NCBI RefSeq assembly: GCF_009914755.1
Contig: NC_060933.1
Length of the DNA stretch: 64,000 nucleotides
Strand: one strand, 5' to 3'
DNA from: the human T2T-CHM13v2.0 reference genome, Homo sapiens
Shown: positions 27,056-45,025 of the stretch, one piece after another
Numbering within the stretch: the stretch's first letter is position 1
Layout of the letters: each line of letters starts with the position of its first letter
Notes under the pieces: model-generated
What the model saw: the letters and a program-made list of their open reading frames with translations, nothing else
What the model was told of the DNA's origin: nothing
Databases searched by the model: none
Translations under genes and position numbers: made by a program

Positions 27056-27899
27056 TGTAAGGAAAAATGCAATTTGTTTTTAGTCTGCTCTCACACTACA
27101 ACAATCAGCACAGAAGCCTTCTGTTATCAAATGTCCAGTTTCTTCCTGTACCCCAAACAAGCAATCAGTTCTGCAGTGGACATCAGCTAAGTGTTCTGAA
27201 TCCAGTTTAATTCTCACACTATCTACCTGGAGATAGTGTCAGATCTCACAGGTGAAGGGCTTAGTGCCACAAGACTGCTCTCCACTTCTCAGTTCAACCA
27301 CAAACCATAAGATGTTTTACCTGTGCTTCTGACTGACTGGCTATTAATCAAGGATCCCACAACTCCATCCTTGGGTTTGCTTAACATGGGGTCCAATCAA
27401 GAGTAGCTCACTGAACTTAGAGAAACAGGTTTACTGGTTTACTATAAAATAGAATGCAAAGGATATAGAAAAAGTGATTCATAGAGTGAGGTATGGGAAG
27501 GCGCAAAGAGCTTCCATGCCCTCTTATGGTGTGCCACCCACCAGGAACCTCCATGTGTTCAGCTATCTGGAAACTCTCTGAACATTCTCCTTTGGGGATT
27601 TTGTGGAAGCTTCAATACGTAAACATGATTGATTAAATCATTGGCCATTAGTCATCAACTTAACCTTCAGCCCCTCTCCCCTTCCTAGAGATTGAAGAGT
27701 GGAGGTGAAAGTCCCAAGCCTTGAATCAATCCTTGGTCTTTCAAGTGAATAGGCTCCGTCTTGAAGCTACTCATGGGCTGCCAGCCATCAGTTAACTCAT
27801 TAGTATACAAAAAGATATCATGTTGGAGATTCTAAGGATCTTAGAAATTGTATGTCAGGAAATGGGAAAAAGACCAAATATTTATTGTACAATATCACA
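27056..27899 (-). mobile_element. MER21 (B-like) solo LTR
   Basis: Minus strand starts TGTGATATTGTACAATAAATATTTGGTCTT; TG...CA termini; perfect 5-bp TSD ACTAC at 27051-27055 and 27900-27904. Confidence 0.88.
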
Positions 27900-28144
27900 A
27901 CTACATTCTAGTTCTTCCTCCTAATTCCTTTTCTAAGATGTGGCTTTCAGAAGAAAATGCACAGCTATAACAAAATTGATCTTAGCAACCCTTACTTTTA
28001 AAGTAGTCACATTTTCTCTCATCTATCATATAGCCATAAAAATACAATGTAATATAAATCCATAGTTTATTTGTATAAGAAGATATGTAGTAGCATAGAA
28101 GGTAGCATACTTGAGGAGCTACCTTCAAGTACTAAGAATCTGAG

Positions 28145-28275
28145 CCCAGGAGAGAAGAAACCTGCATTCTGATTTCAATATTTTGACAATTTAGTTGTGT
28201 AACTGTGGGCAAGTCAAATAGTATCTCCAAAGACTCAGCTTTCTCATCTGTAAATTAATGAATTGTGCTAGATAT
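28145..28275 (+). mobile_element. MIR SINE core
   Basis: TGTGTAACTGTGGGCAAGTCA...CTCAGCTTTCTCATCTGTAAA. Confidence 0.75.
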
Positions 28276-28509
28276 TTTATATGTTTTTACCTCACTAGTT
28301 AGCAAAGAGGACATAGTAAGTGGTATAGAGAAAAACATAACTGATGTGATGAGCAAAACTCATTTTCTGATGAATTAATGATGGGCCATTGGAAGTCATT
28401 ATGGGGAATAAAAACTGTCATTGAAAGTATTTTCATAATTTGAACTAAACGAGGTACATAGGTGTTTTTACAGCCCATCATCCTTTATATATCTGACAAT
28501 GAGACTCTG

Positions 28510-31400
<2,891 letters not shown>

Positions 31401-32982
31401 ATAATTGAGTAAGTACACTAAAACTTACCAGTAATTGTTGAAACAGTGTTGAAAAGGAGGTTGAGAATATGAATAAGGCAATATTGGCGTGCAGTCTGTA
31501 CTACTGCATTGGTACTAGAAATATTGGTAAAATGCATTTAAAAACATGTATTGATACTGTATATGTGAATATGTATTTCTGTGTATGTGTTTTTCATTGT
31601 CCATGGAATGGAGAAAGAATGGAAAAAACTTGACCCCAGTAACAAATAACACATAAAAGTACCTGCATTTTAGTTTCTAAATAATATAGTATATTAATAA
31701 CAAATTAGGGCTATTTGGAGAAATGGCTGATTGTAGGGCTGAGTCAGGGAAAGCACTACATGATACTACAGGCACATGCTTTGAGTATATATGCAGATAT
31801 ATATATCGGTGATTGCCAGGAAAATAATATATATGTAACACAAATAGGTCAGGATGCAAACAGTAGATTTAGTTCAAAAGATGGAGAGAAAAATTACCTG
31901 AACTTAAATTTACTGCTGTTAATTAATCAGAAAACATGCAGTTTAAAGGATACTTCAAAAGCAAAGAGTAAGGTAATGCAGTTTTCCAAAGTCTTTTGAC
32001 TTCAGTGAGTTTTCCCCAGTTCTCCTTGAAGACAATCAAAAAGTCCAGACATTTTAGATCACTGACATATATGTATTTTAGACTGATGGGCAGAATAGGG
32101 TCAAAAGGAGACCTTTCAACCACCAAAGCCCTCCGTATTGTCATTTTTTTCAAATGGCAAAAAGTTGTGCTGCCCCAGAATCACATATCTGTATGTGATA
32201 TGTTAGCATATTACAGAGCCAATCAAATGGCTTAATCCACTTGATGAGGTAGACAGGAAAACAACTAGTCTTACACATCTTGCATATTGCTACAACAATG
32301 CCCTTCACTTAAACATATACAGTACTAAGTTTTAAAGTTACTATTTCTGAAGGCAGGTTGTAAAACTATAATATGTCTATATCCCAGTACTAATCCCTGG
32401 TTTTAACTAGGACTTATCAATCAAAGATGTTTAAGCAATTTTGAATTTTAATTTAGTAATAATAATAACAATAATAATAATCACTAAATTTGTAAGATAA
32501 TATGTATAAAGCTATAAAAGAATGGGCAATATTTAAGTTACTTTTTAGAAATGTCACACATTAAGTTCAAGATTTTTTCCAATTATATGATTACAAATAT
32601 TTCTGTTAGAGGTATTCAGTGACTTTCGTTTCATTGAGTGTTAGTTATTGAGACTTCAAATGGTTGTAAACTTTTAGTTAGCCAAACCAGTAGTTCAGAT
32701 TTCTAAAGTATTATTGCTTCATAAATCTGGATGTAAATCATAAATATCTGGCGACTGAGATGAGTGATCACTGACAATACTAGTGAATATTTGCTAAATG
32801 AGTTATTAACACTCAGAGGTTTATCATATTATTCATTAGCATATTAAACTGTATTTAATCATGTTCTAGAAAAATAAATTATTATTTTTTTTCACAGATG
32901 CCTAATCTCCCTTTATTTCACACAGCTATGCAAATCGTGAGGCCAAGGATCCAACCACAATTAAAGTTTAATTTACATAAAT

Positions 32983-33299
32983 AGCTAGGCGAGGTGGCTC
33001 AAGCCTGTAATCCCAGCACTTTGGGAGGCCAAGGCCAGTGGATTAACTGAGGTCAGAAGTTCAAGACCAGCCTGGACAATATAGTGAAACCCCGTCTCTA
33101 CCAAAAATACAAAAATTAGCCGGGCGTGGTGGCAGACACCTGTAATCCCAGCTACTCAGGAAGCTGAGGCAGAAGAATCACTTGAATCCGGGAGACGGAG
33201 GTTGCAGTGAGCTGAGATCACGCCACTGCACTTCAGCCGGGGCGACAGAGACTCCGTCTCAAAAAAAAAAAAAAAAAAAGAAAACAAAAAAGAAAAAAA
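32983..33299 (+). mobile_element. AluS lying inside the RPS26 retrocopy (antisense to it)
   Basis: Full dimer with long A tail; degenerate TSD AATTTACATAAATA / AAATTACATGAATA. Confidence 0.92.
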
Positions 33300-33482
33300 T
33301 GAAATTACATGAATAAGCTTTCTTCCCCATGAAAATAATATGTGTCACTTTATACTTGGTCTAACACACAAAATCCCCACCCTATCTGGCACAGATACAC
33401 TTAACATGCAATATTAAGTACAATTTCCATTTTATTTTTCTCCAGAGAATAGTCTGCCTTCAGTCTTTAAGAACTCAGCTCC

Positions 33483-33854
<372 letters not shown>

Positions 33855-36647
33855 CTAGAAAAATAAATTATTGTAAAAGTTCAATGTATTATACAATTAT
33901 ATTTATCACTATTAGTAGAAACGTATTATTTTATCTGATATTTACATAAAACATTTTCCTCCCTTGGATAATATGTATTTCCTTTCAGTCTTAGACACTT
34001 GCCATTTATTGACACAAAAATAGTACCCTACAAAGGAATACAAATTTAATGATCCTTTAATTTATTTTCTCAATATTTTCCTATTTATCAAATGAGTGCT
34101 CTTATAATTTTACAATGAGCAGCCCAATTTTAAAATCTGAAGTGCTTCTACAAAGTAATGATGACAATACCATACAAATCGGAAGAAATACATTGCATAC
34201 TAGAGACTGAATGAGTTCTCTACCAATGTATTGTAACAATTAAAAGATCTCTTCAAATTATTTTATTTGATACTACTTTGGCTATCCCACATTAATGAAA
34301 TACAGCCTAATTTAATTACATATTATGATCATTGTACATACATGAGTTCCTGGTTATTTAAATTCATCCAATGCAACCTTTAAGAAGATTTTCAGACAAT
34401 TATTTTGAGTATTGCACCATCTCTGCTATACTAATACCTTATGGATCTATCATACTTTGCAAAGATAAGCCATTTAAATTTATTAGATTTTAACAAATCT
34501 TGTCTTCTGGTAAGCTTGTATAATATTTTGATAGACGACTATAAATCACTGAATTTCCAAATCCAAAGAAAATTTATTTCTTCAAAATAAGTCTATTTTG
34601 TGTCTGGGCCATTTTCCTACCACCTCATTTTCATTATAATGGCTTATTCTCACTATAATTCAAATGTGTCCCCATAACTATGTATTAATTGTTATAGACA
34701 AATTGCATAGACACAATTAATTACATTCACTTCCTTAAGTGGTTAAGATTAAAATAAACTTAAGTTGCATGATTCATAACACAAAAATAATGGTACTGAC
34801 AGACATTAAGTTAATAAACAGAGCCATCTATATGGAGAGTTGCACATATTTTTGTAGAGTAAAACATCCGCTTTTGAATTTTGTAGATGCAAAAGTTTGT
34901 TGATTCCCTTTCACCAACCTTAGATAACTGTACAACTGATTTGATTAAATTCAGTAGAGAGGTTTATGTCTTTGGCTGTACAATGTCTAGGCTCAGCATA
35001 TCTATTATTGTGCTCAATAAACTTTAATTCATGGACAACATAGGTTTTGTAGTCAATCTTTAGAAAACACGGATTACTAAATCTCCTCTTAATGAATTAT
35101 TATATATATAAACATATTGAAGCTTCTGTGCAGTTGTGTATTCAAAAATTAACTTTACACTTGAGCAAGCAAGATTATTTATCCAATATAAGACACTTTT
35201 ATGTGCACATTCATGTATATCACTTGGAACAGATATCTCTTAACTTTGGTTCTGAGACACTGCTGATATATCACACTTAGACTGGGCTGGTTCTTCATCT
35301 TAAACAAAAATTGCAAAAGTAAAATAGACATAAAATTTTAAAACCATTTAAAGTGAAAAAAGTATGTTTTCCCCTCTGCTCTATTCTCAGTACCTAAGTT
35401 CATTATTCATTTTCTCCAGTATTTTATTATGAAAAATTTTCAAGAATACATCAAATTTGAAAGAATTTTACAGTGAATACCAACTAGATATGAACATTCA
35501 CGTTATGCAAATCATTAACTAAAGTTTAATATATGAGTCCTTTTTAAAAATGATGTAAACTTTACAATGAAATGCACAAATTTTAAATGTGCAATTGCTG
35601 TGTCTTTACACACATATATATACCCTTCAAATAAATAACATAGAACCTTGATGAGATTTAGAACATTATCATTACCGCCAGAATGTTCTCTCATATACAT
35701 TTTCAGCCCATCAATGTAATCTCCTACTCTAAGGCAAATCCAATTTTGTTTTAACCACAGATTAATTTTTCCTGTTCAAGAATGTTATATAAATAGATTC
35801 ATATAGTATATACCCTTTTATAAAAGGTATTTTATACTTATAAGAATATTCCTGATATTTATTAATGATGTTACAGAGGAATTGTTAAGATTTATTTTCA
35901 TAAGATAATGTATTCTTAAGAGAGTACATATCAGACATTTTCTACTAGTGCATAAATTTGCACATAGCCAATCTCTTCTAATTCTTGTCAACTTTATTAT
36001 TCTTCGTTTCAGGAGTTAAGTCTTGTCTAACTTGCCTCTAAATTATTAATAGAGCTATTTTCTTTTTGGGTTTTCTACTAAAATATTTAATCCCAAAAAG
36101 TCCACTATATTACCTTTTTAAAAAGTCTTTAGTTTTTTAGAGCCATTTTATGTTCACATCAAAATGAAAAGAAAGGTATTGAAATTTCCCATATAACCCT
36201 GGTCCCTACACATGCATACCCTCCTGCATTATCAACATCTCCCAGTACATTTGTCAAAACTGATGAATTTACAATCATATATCATTGTAATCATCGTTGT
36301 CATCCAGAGTTTGTAATTTACATTAGCTTCACTCTTTTTATTGTATATTCTGTGAGTTTGGACAAATGTATAATGACATGTATCTACCATTATAATATCA
36401 TACAAAATATTTTCATTGTCCTAAAAATCCTATGTGCTCTGTCTGTTCATCACACCTTTCCTTCCTCCAACACCAGGCAACCACTGATCTTTTCACTGTC
36501 TTCACAGTTTTGCCTTAATTAGACTTTCACATAGTTGGAGTTATACAGTATGTAGCCTTTTAAGACTAACATCTTTCACTAGTAATATACATGGACATCT
36601 TGGCGAGCTTCTTCCCCAAGTTCTGACAGTTATGATTAAAACTGCCG

Positions 36648-37042
<395 letters not shown>

Positions 37043-39733
37043 TCACATGGTATAAGTTTATTTAGTTTTGTAAGAAACCACCAAACTGTCTTCTGAAATC
37101 GCTGTACCATTTTGCATTTTCACAAGCAAATGAATGAGCGTTCAGTTTGCTTCACATCCTTATCAGCATTTGATGTTGTCAGTGCTCTGTATTTTGGCCA
37201 TTCTAATAGTTTGGTAGTAGTATATCTTTGTTCTTTTAATTGTTATTTCCCTGATGACATGATGTGGAACATGTCTTCATATGTTTATTTGCTATCTGTT
37301 TATCTTTTTTGGTGAGGTCTCTGTTAAGGTCCTTGGCCCACTTATTAACTGGTTGTCTGTTATCTTATTGTTGACTTTTAAGAATTTTTTTGTATAGTTT
37401 AAACAACAATTATCAGGTATGTCTTTTGCAAATATTATCTCCTTATCTGTGCCTTATTTTTGTATTTATTCCTTAGACACTGTATTTCCCAGTGCAGATT
37501 TAAAAAAATTTAATAAGTTCTAGTGTATCAATTCTTTCTTTCATGAATTGTGCCTTCATTGTCATTTCTAAAAATTTGCCAGACTCTCAGTCACCTAGAT
37601 TTTATGTTACATTATCTTCTAGAAGATATAAAGTTTTGCATTTTACATTTAGTCTGTGATACAGTTTGAGTTAACTTATGCAAAGAGTGTAAGGTCTGTG
37701 TTTAGATTCATTTTTTACAAGTGGATGTCCAGTTGTTTCAGGACCATTTATTGAAAAAACTATCTTTGTTCCATTATATTTTCTTTGTTCAAAGATCAGA
37801 TGACTGTATTTATGGTAGAGAAAACTATCAATGGAACAGAATATAGAACTCTATTTTGGAGCTCTAAATTCTGTTCCATTAATAGTTTTGCCTACTGTTT
37901 TGCCAATACACTGTCAAGATTATAGTACTTTATAGTAGGTCTTGAAACTGGGTGGTGTCAATCCTCCAACTTTTCTCTTCTTCGTTATTAAGTTGGCTGT
38001 AAGACTTTTTGCCTCTCTATATAAATGTTAGAATAAGTTTATTATCAATAAAACGAATTTCTGGGATTTTGATTCAGATTGCATTGACTCTATAGATCAA
38101 GTTGGGAAAAACTGACATTCTGACAATATTCAGTTCTCCTATCCATGAACGTAAAATATCTCTCCAGGTATTAAGTTCATCAGTTTTGTAGTTTCCCTCA
38201 TATAGATCTTATTTGTATTTTGTTAGACTTGTAACCAGGTATTTCATATTTGGGATGCTAGTGTAAATGGTATTGTTTTTAATTTCAAATTTCACTTTCA
38301 TTCCTCATATGTAGGAAGGCAAGTAATTTTTATATATTTTCTTATTCTGCAATTTTGCTATAATCACTTATTAGATTCAGGAGATTTTTGCTAATTTGTT
38401 CGGATATACCAGATAAAAAGTCATGTCATCTTCATACAAAGATAATTTTATTTCTTCCTTCACAATCAGTATACCTTCTGTTTCCTTTTCTTATTTTATT
38501 ACATTAGCTGGGACTTCCAGTGTGATTTTGAAAGGGGGTAACAAGAAGAGATATCTTTACCTTGTTTATGTTCTTAGTGGGAATGGTTCCAGTTTTCTCA
38601 CCATGAAGAAGTATAATGTTGTCTGTTGTTTTTCTTTTTTTTGTATATTTTAAAAATCAATTTAGGAAGTTTTCTTCTATTCAGAATTTACTGAGAATTT
38701 TTATTGTGAAAAGATGTTTCATTTTGTAAAATGCTTTTTCTGCATCTATTGATATAATCATGTGATTTTTTTTTCTTTAGCCTGTTGATGTGGTGGATTA
38801 CAATCATTTATTTTTGAATGATGAACTAACTTTACATACCTGAGATAAATCCCACTTTGTCATAAAGTGGGATTATTTTTATACATAGTTTGTTGTATTT
38901 GCTAATATTTTGTTGGGAATTTTTACATCTATGCTCATCAGAGATGTTGATCTGCAGGTTTTTGTTGTTGTTCTTGGAAGGACTCTGAATGATTTTGGTA
39001 GCAGGGTACTGCTGAAAACAGAGAATGAATTGGGGAGTAGCCCCTCTGCTTCTACCTTCTGAAAGAGTTTTCAGAAAATTGGTATAATTTATTTTATATA
39101 AAAGATAAGAAAAATTCACTAATGTATACATCTGGGCCTGGTGCTTTTTGCTTTATAAGTTAATTAATTATTGATTGAGTTTCATTGATAGACATTATGA
39201 ATGTCTTTTTGTGTGAGTCTTAGCCAATTTTGTCTGTCAAGACATTGGCCCATTTTATTCATATTTATTGAATATGTAAGTTTGGAGTAGTTCATAATAT
39301 TCCTTTGTTATCCTTTTAATATCTCTGGAATGTGTAGTGTTGGCACTTCTTTTATCTCTAATAATTTATATTCTATTTTTTTTCTTACTTAGCTTGGCTA
39401 GAGGCTTTTCAATTTTATCTTTTCAAAGAACAAGATTAAAAGTCATTGATTTTCTTTACTGATTTCCTGTTTTCAATTTCATTGATTTCTACTCAAATTT
39501 TTATTACTTATTTTCTTCTCCTTACATTGGATTTAATTGGCTTTTCTATTTCTAGTTTCCTAAGGTGGAAGCTTAAAATGTTAAGTTTAGCTCTTTCTTC
39601 TTTACCAATAACTTTCACTCTCAGCACTGCTTTCACTGCCCCTCACAAAGTTTGATATTTTATTTTTATTTTCATTTAGTTCAAAATTTTTAAATCATCC
39701 TTGAAATTTCTCTTTTGACCAAAGTGTTATTTA

Positions 39734-40511
39734 TTTGTTTAGCATTAAGGGGAAACATGTACCGGTTAATTACATGCGTACATTATACGATTCTGAGGAT
39801 CCCATCACCCAGCTATCAATAGGTAGTTTTTCATGCAATGCCTCCTCCCTCCTTCCCTTTTTTGGTGGTATCCAGTGTCTATTTTTTCCATCTTTATGTC
39901 CATGTTTATTCAATGTTTAGCTCCCACTTATAAGTAAGAACATGAAGTATTTGGTTTTCTGTGTTAATTCACTTAGGATAATGGCCTCCAGCTGCATCAT
40001 GTTGGTGCAGAGGATATAATTTAGTTCTTTTTTATGGCTGTGCAGTATTCCATTGTGTATTATACCACATTTTCTTTATTCAGTCCATCACTGATGAATA
40101 CCAAAGGAAAATAAGTTGGTCTACCAAAAAGACATGTTGCCAGGCATAGTGGCTCATGCTTGTAATCTCAACACATTGGCTGAAGTGGGAAGATTGCTTG
40201 AGCCCAGGAATTCAAGACCAGCCTGGGCAACATGACCAGACCTAGTCTCTTCAAAAAATACAAAAATTACCTGGATGCGTTGGCGTGCACCTGTAGTCCC
40301 AGCTACTCAGGAGGCAGAGGTGGGAATATCACTGGATCCAGGGAGGTCAAGGCTGAGGTAGGCCATGATTTTGCAACTGCACTCTGCACTTCAGCTGGGT
40401 GACAGAGTCAGACACTGTCTCAAAAAAAAAAAAAAAAAGGAACCACATATGGACTTATATGATCATCACAGCGCTACTCAAATTTTAGCAAAGACAGACA
40501 TGAAGTCAACT
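39734..40511 (-). mobile_element. L1PA15/16-like 3' end with 5' inversion
   Basis: Antisense 3' end 39734-40096, then sense-oriented CCAAAGGAAAATAAG...CAAAAAGACA...GCAAAGACA...GTCAAC; degenerate TSD AAGTGTTATTTA / ATGTGGTATTTA. Confidence 0.72.
40138..40438 (+). mobile_element. AluJ
   Basis: GAAGATTGCTTGAGCCCAGGA, GGAGGTCAAGGCTG, A tail. Confidence 0.9.
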
Positions 40512-42659
40512 ATGTGGTATTTAGATGTGTGTTTTTTAGTCTCCATATATTTTGGAATTTTCAAGTTACTCTTAATTTACTAATTTATAGTTTAGTACCA
40601 TTGTGTTCTGAGAGTTGGCATTGTATAATTTCTATCATTAGAGTTTTTAATATGTGTTTTATGACCCAGCATGTTGTCTATCATGTGAGCTTGAGAAAAA
40701 TGTGTATACTTCTGCTGTGGGATGAAGTAGTCTACAAATATCAATTGCATACAGTTAATTGATGGTATTTTTGAGTTCAGCTATGTTACTAATGACTTTG
40801 TGTCTGCTGGATTTGTCCATTTCTGAAAGAGGGTTGTAGAATTACCCAAATACAGTAGTAATTTCCTCCAATTTCTCCTTACATTTCTATCAGTTTTTGC
40901 GTTGCATATTTTGACAGTGTTAGGCACATACATGTTAAGGATTCTTAGGCTTTCTTTAAGAATTTACCCCTTTATCATTATTCAATGTCTTTCTTTATCT
41001 ATCTTCCTAGCTAGGTTTGATGTCTGCTTTATTGGAAATTAATATAGTTATTTATACTTTCTTTTGATTAGTGCTAGCATGATATATCTTTCTCTATTCA
41101 TTTACTTTTAAGCTATGTATGTCTTTGAAGTGAGTTTCTTGTAGGCAACATATACTAACTTGAGTATTATTTTTAATCCAATCTGATAATCTTTGTCCTT
41201 TAATCTGTACATTAAGACAAATTGATATTCAAAGTGATTGCTTATATAGATGGATAAATATCTACTCTATTTTTTACTGTTTTCTATTTGAGTTGCCACT
41301 GGAAGAAAGGTGTCTATCCACAGAATGAAATAATATAACCTTCTAATAACTTGGGTCATTAATTAATATTTTATTCTTGGTATTGATACAAAGTTTAACA
41401 CAAAGAGAGGACTTAATTAGTATATACTGAATAACTTTAGAAATTCAGGAATAAAAATATTTTTAACTTCAATTGTTAAAGCGTCTTTCATTGGTTAGTT
41501 CCATGCTAATATGTACTTTGTACATGTTGAAATAATTGTAGTTCCAAAAAGATCCTAATATGTGTAATTGCTCAAACACACTAGAGGTTTTCTTCCTTGT
41601 TTATTGAACCATTAATATTAATATGTGTGTTTGGTGGTTAGCTTTTTGCTGCAAATTGTTTAACAAAGTAAATCTTGTAACTCTGGTATTCCTGCATACG
41701 TTTGTGTTATTTGACAATAGCCAGCAGCAGAAGAAAATACAGGGTGGTCACACTTGCTTCATAATGTCTTGGTCTGGAAATTTCACACATAATTCCTTTC
41801 ATATTCTATTAACAAGGACTCAGTTACATGGTCTATTCTAACTGCAAGAGAGACAGATAACTTTATTTCCGGGTGGCCAGTAGTAAGATAAACTATAATT
41901 TATGAAAAACTTAAAACCTCTGCAAAAACTTGTGAAGTTACAATGGTTTATGTTCTGCCTCTGTGTCATGATATAGTGGATTTCAGTGATTTTATTTTAA
42001 AATTCCAGTTATGCAACAAATTTGCATTTATATCCACACCTAAAGCTTACCTAAGATAATGGAACAAAGAAATGCTTGGAATATTTTCAAACATCATCTG
42101 ATTCCACTGTAGTTAAGACTTAGCAATAGAGTGTTCATGAAAATATACTGAGTGTTGAAACTTTGCTAATTAGAAAATAATATATTTACTTTCTCTGAAG
42201 AATTTTGTTGATTAGTAATATTTTATCCCCTGAGCATCCTGACCATTTGTGGAAAGCAGGGACAGGGACTTCTGATTTACATTGAGTGAGTTATTTGGAA
42301 ATGTACAGTTTTAATTAATTAATAACCATTTACATACCACAATTTTTTCTCAAATCTCACTTTCTCATATGGCAGGTCTTAATTTTTAATTATTATATAA
42401 CCCTGCGATGTAGGTATTTTAATTTCTGTTTCAGAGATTTTTAAACTGTGAATCTTGCCCATTCCGTGGCAGCTAAGAAATGGCAGATGTTTAATTCAAT
42501 CTCACTTTTCTCTAAGTAAAAATTCTGTGCACCTTCTACCACACTACATTGTTTTCTTTCTTTTGCTAGGATTGAGAGCATTCATTTTGGAAGTGTAGGA
42601 TATTTCATTTAACATTAGGATAACGTTTATAATATGTTTATTATATTATTCTAGATAGT

Positions 42660-44830
42660 AAAATGATTTGGAAAAGATCCATTTTTGTAGGCTATTCAAG
42701 TGTAAAAATTCTTGATTGGCACTTTTTTAATTTTTATTTTTAAATTTTCAGCACTTTGAATATGTCATCTCTGTTGCCTTCTAACTCAATTATTTATTAC
42801 ATCAGTTGTTAATTGTATTGGGCTCCTTGTGTGAAGAGCTGGTTTTCTTTGGCTGCTTTCAAGATTTTCTTTTTATGTTTGGCTTTCAACAATTTGACTA
42901 TGACATGTGTGAGTGTGGAACTGTATGTTTATCCAGCTTACTAAAAACTTCAAACTTTGGAATGTATAAATGTTTTTCACCAAATTTGGGAAGTTTTCTG
43001 TTATTATTTCATCAAAAATATTTCTTTACCTCTCATTTTATTCTGGTACTCTTATTATGTGTATGTTGGTGTGCTTAATGATAACCCAAATTTATCTGAG
43101 ACTGTATATTTTTCTTTTTTTATTTTCCCTATTCTTCAAATTGCATAATCTCTATCAATTTTTCTTCGATTTTGTGGATCTTTTCTTCTGCCAATTCCCA
43201 TATACTGTTCAGCCATACCAGTACATTTTTTATTATTTTAATGTAAATTCCACAAATATTTTAAAATAATTTGTACTTCTTTATTGCAATTATGTATTTG
43301 ATGAGAAATTGCCATTACAGGTTTTTTTTTTTGTCTGTAATTCTTTGCACTTGCTTTCCTTTTAGCATTTCAACATACTTATTATAGTTACTTTGAGGTC
43401 TGTGTTCACTAAACTCCAATATCATCTGGGATTCCTCAAAAACAGTTTTTATTGCCTGATTTGTATTTGTATTTTTTTTTTTTTTTGCTCCAGTGTATGG
43501 GATCCTCTCTCTTGTTTCTTTATATACCTCATAATTTTTTGTTTAAAAAATAAGCATTTTAGATAATATATTAGATAATAAGCATTTTAGATAATAGATA
43601 ATATTATAATAGATAATATCTAAATACATATATTTAGATAAAATACATTATAGATAATATATTTTAGATAATAATATATATATATTATCTAAATATTTAG
43701 ATAATATTTAGATAATATAGATCAACTTTGAATATTGATCCCCCTAGGTTGGGTTAATATTGTTGTTGTTTGCTTTCCCTTTGTATGTTTGTTTAATGAC
43801 TTGGCTAATCTAATTCTGTAAAGTCTGTTTCTTCTGGAGCATGCCCTTTCTCAGAGTGTCTTCCTTGATTTCGTCTTTTTGCCTGGCTAACAAATGGTCC
43901 CTCCTGGGTCAGCAGAAGCCTCTTATTTGCCCAGCGTGGTGTTTATGCTCCCTTAGTAAGTTATGTTTTTATGTTTTACCATTGGCTGTGTTTGTGTGGC
44001 TTGGAGGTGCTATCATAGATCAAGGAGTTTAACTTTTTGCCTCACATTCAGCCAGGGACTAGTAACTTTGATCTTCTCTTTCTGACCACTTCTGAGTAGG
44101 GACAGCCCTGGACATGCACACAGTCTTCTATCTCTCCAAGGATGCTTTTGGTTTTATTTTTAATCCTAGTTTTTAGCAGTTGAGCCAGTTTATAGTAGCT
44201 TACTATTTATCCATGTTTGCTCATGTGGCGTGTTTCAGTGCCTTTGACAGTGAGGCTTCCAGGCTATACTGATGGATTTGTGGGCAGATTCATGTTTTCC
44301 TGTCTGCCCCATGTCCTGCTCTCATTGCCCTGAGTTTAGCCTAGTACACGTGCACAACCTTCCTGGCTTCCAGAATTGCCTGTGATTCCAAAAGAATGAT
44401 ACTTGGCTACACTTTAATCAGGTTATTTTTGTTATAGTTTTGTTGTTCTGTTGTTTTGATTGCTGCTAGTATTCTGGAGCTAGGAAAACCCTCTTAATTA
44501 CTATTAATCATGATCTCCAGTGATTTTGACTGGTATCTTAGGCATGGAATTTTACATGCCCTGTTTCAAATAAAGTCAGTTTCCTTAAACGGAGCTGCAA
44601 AGCTCTTACTCAATAAAGCATGCCTCCCCTTCTCTGGACAGAACATCTGTGTCACCACAAAGGATCTAGGAGACCAGATGTCTTCTCAGTTCTCTGGAAT
44701 AATATCCTGTCACTATGAGCAGGCCTGAAGATAGAGATAATAGCTCCTGGTCTTCTCCACTTACCTTTCTCAGTGTGAAACATCTTCCTCATGAGCAATC
44801 TGAATGGGGGCAATCAGAGCACAGTGTTCT
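42660..44830 (-). mobile_element. Old L1M 5' region (ORF1-side) remnant
   Basis: TGGCTGCTTTCAAGATTTTCT...TTTGACTATGA, TTTCACCAAATTTGGGAAGTTTTC typical of antisense L1M ORF1 region; boundaries approximate. Confidence 0.6.
43550..43722. repeat. AT-rich degenerate minisatellite of TAGATAA(T) units
   Basis: About 11 AGATAA/TTATCT units in ~170 bp. Confidence 0.85.
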
Positions 44831-45025
44831 TGGCCTGCCACATTTGGAGTGGAGCTTGCATCCTACAAGTAGGGGCTAGATGAGAAAAGGGAAATTCTTT
44901 AATAGTTGTTTTGGTGGGGAAAGGATGAGAAAGGCTGATGGCTTGCCCCTTCTGAGGTGAAATCACAGCTATGAACTTGAAGATGGGGGTAGAGGGAGTC
45001 ACCTGTCTTCTTGGCTGTACTCATT

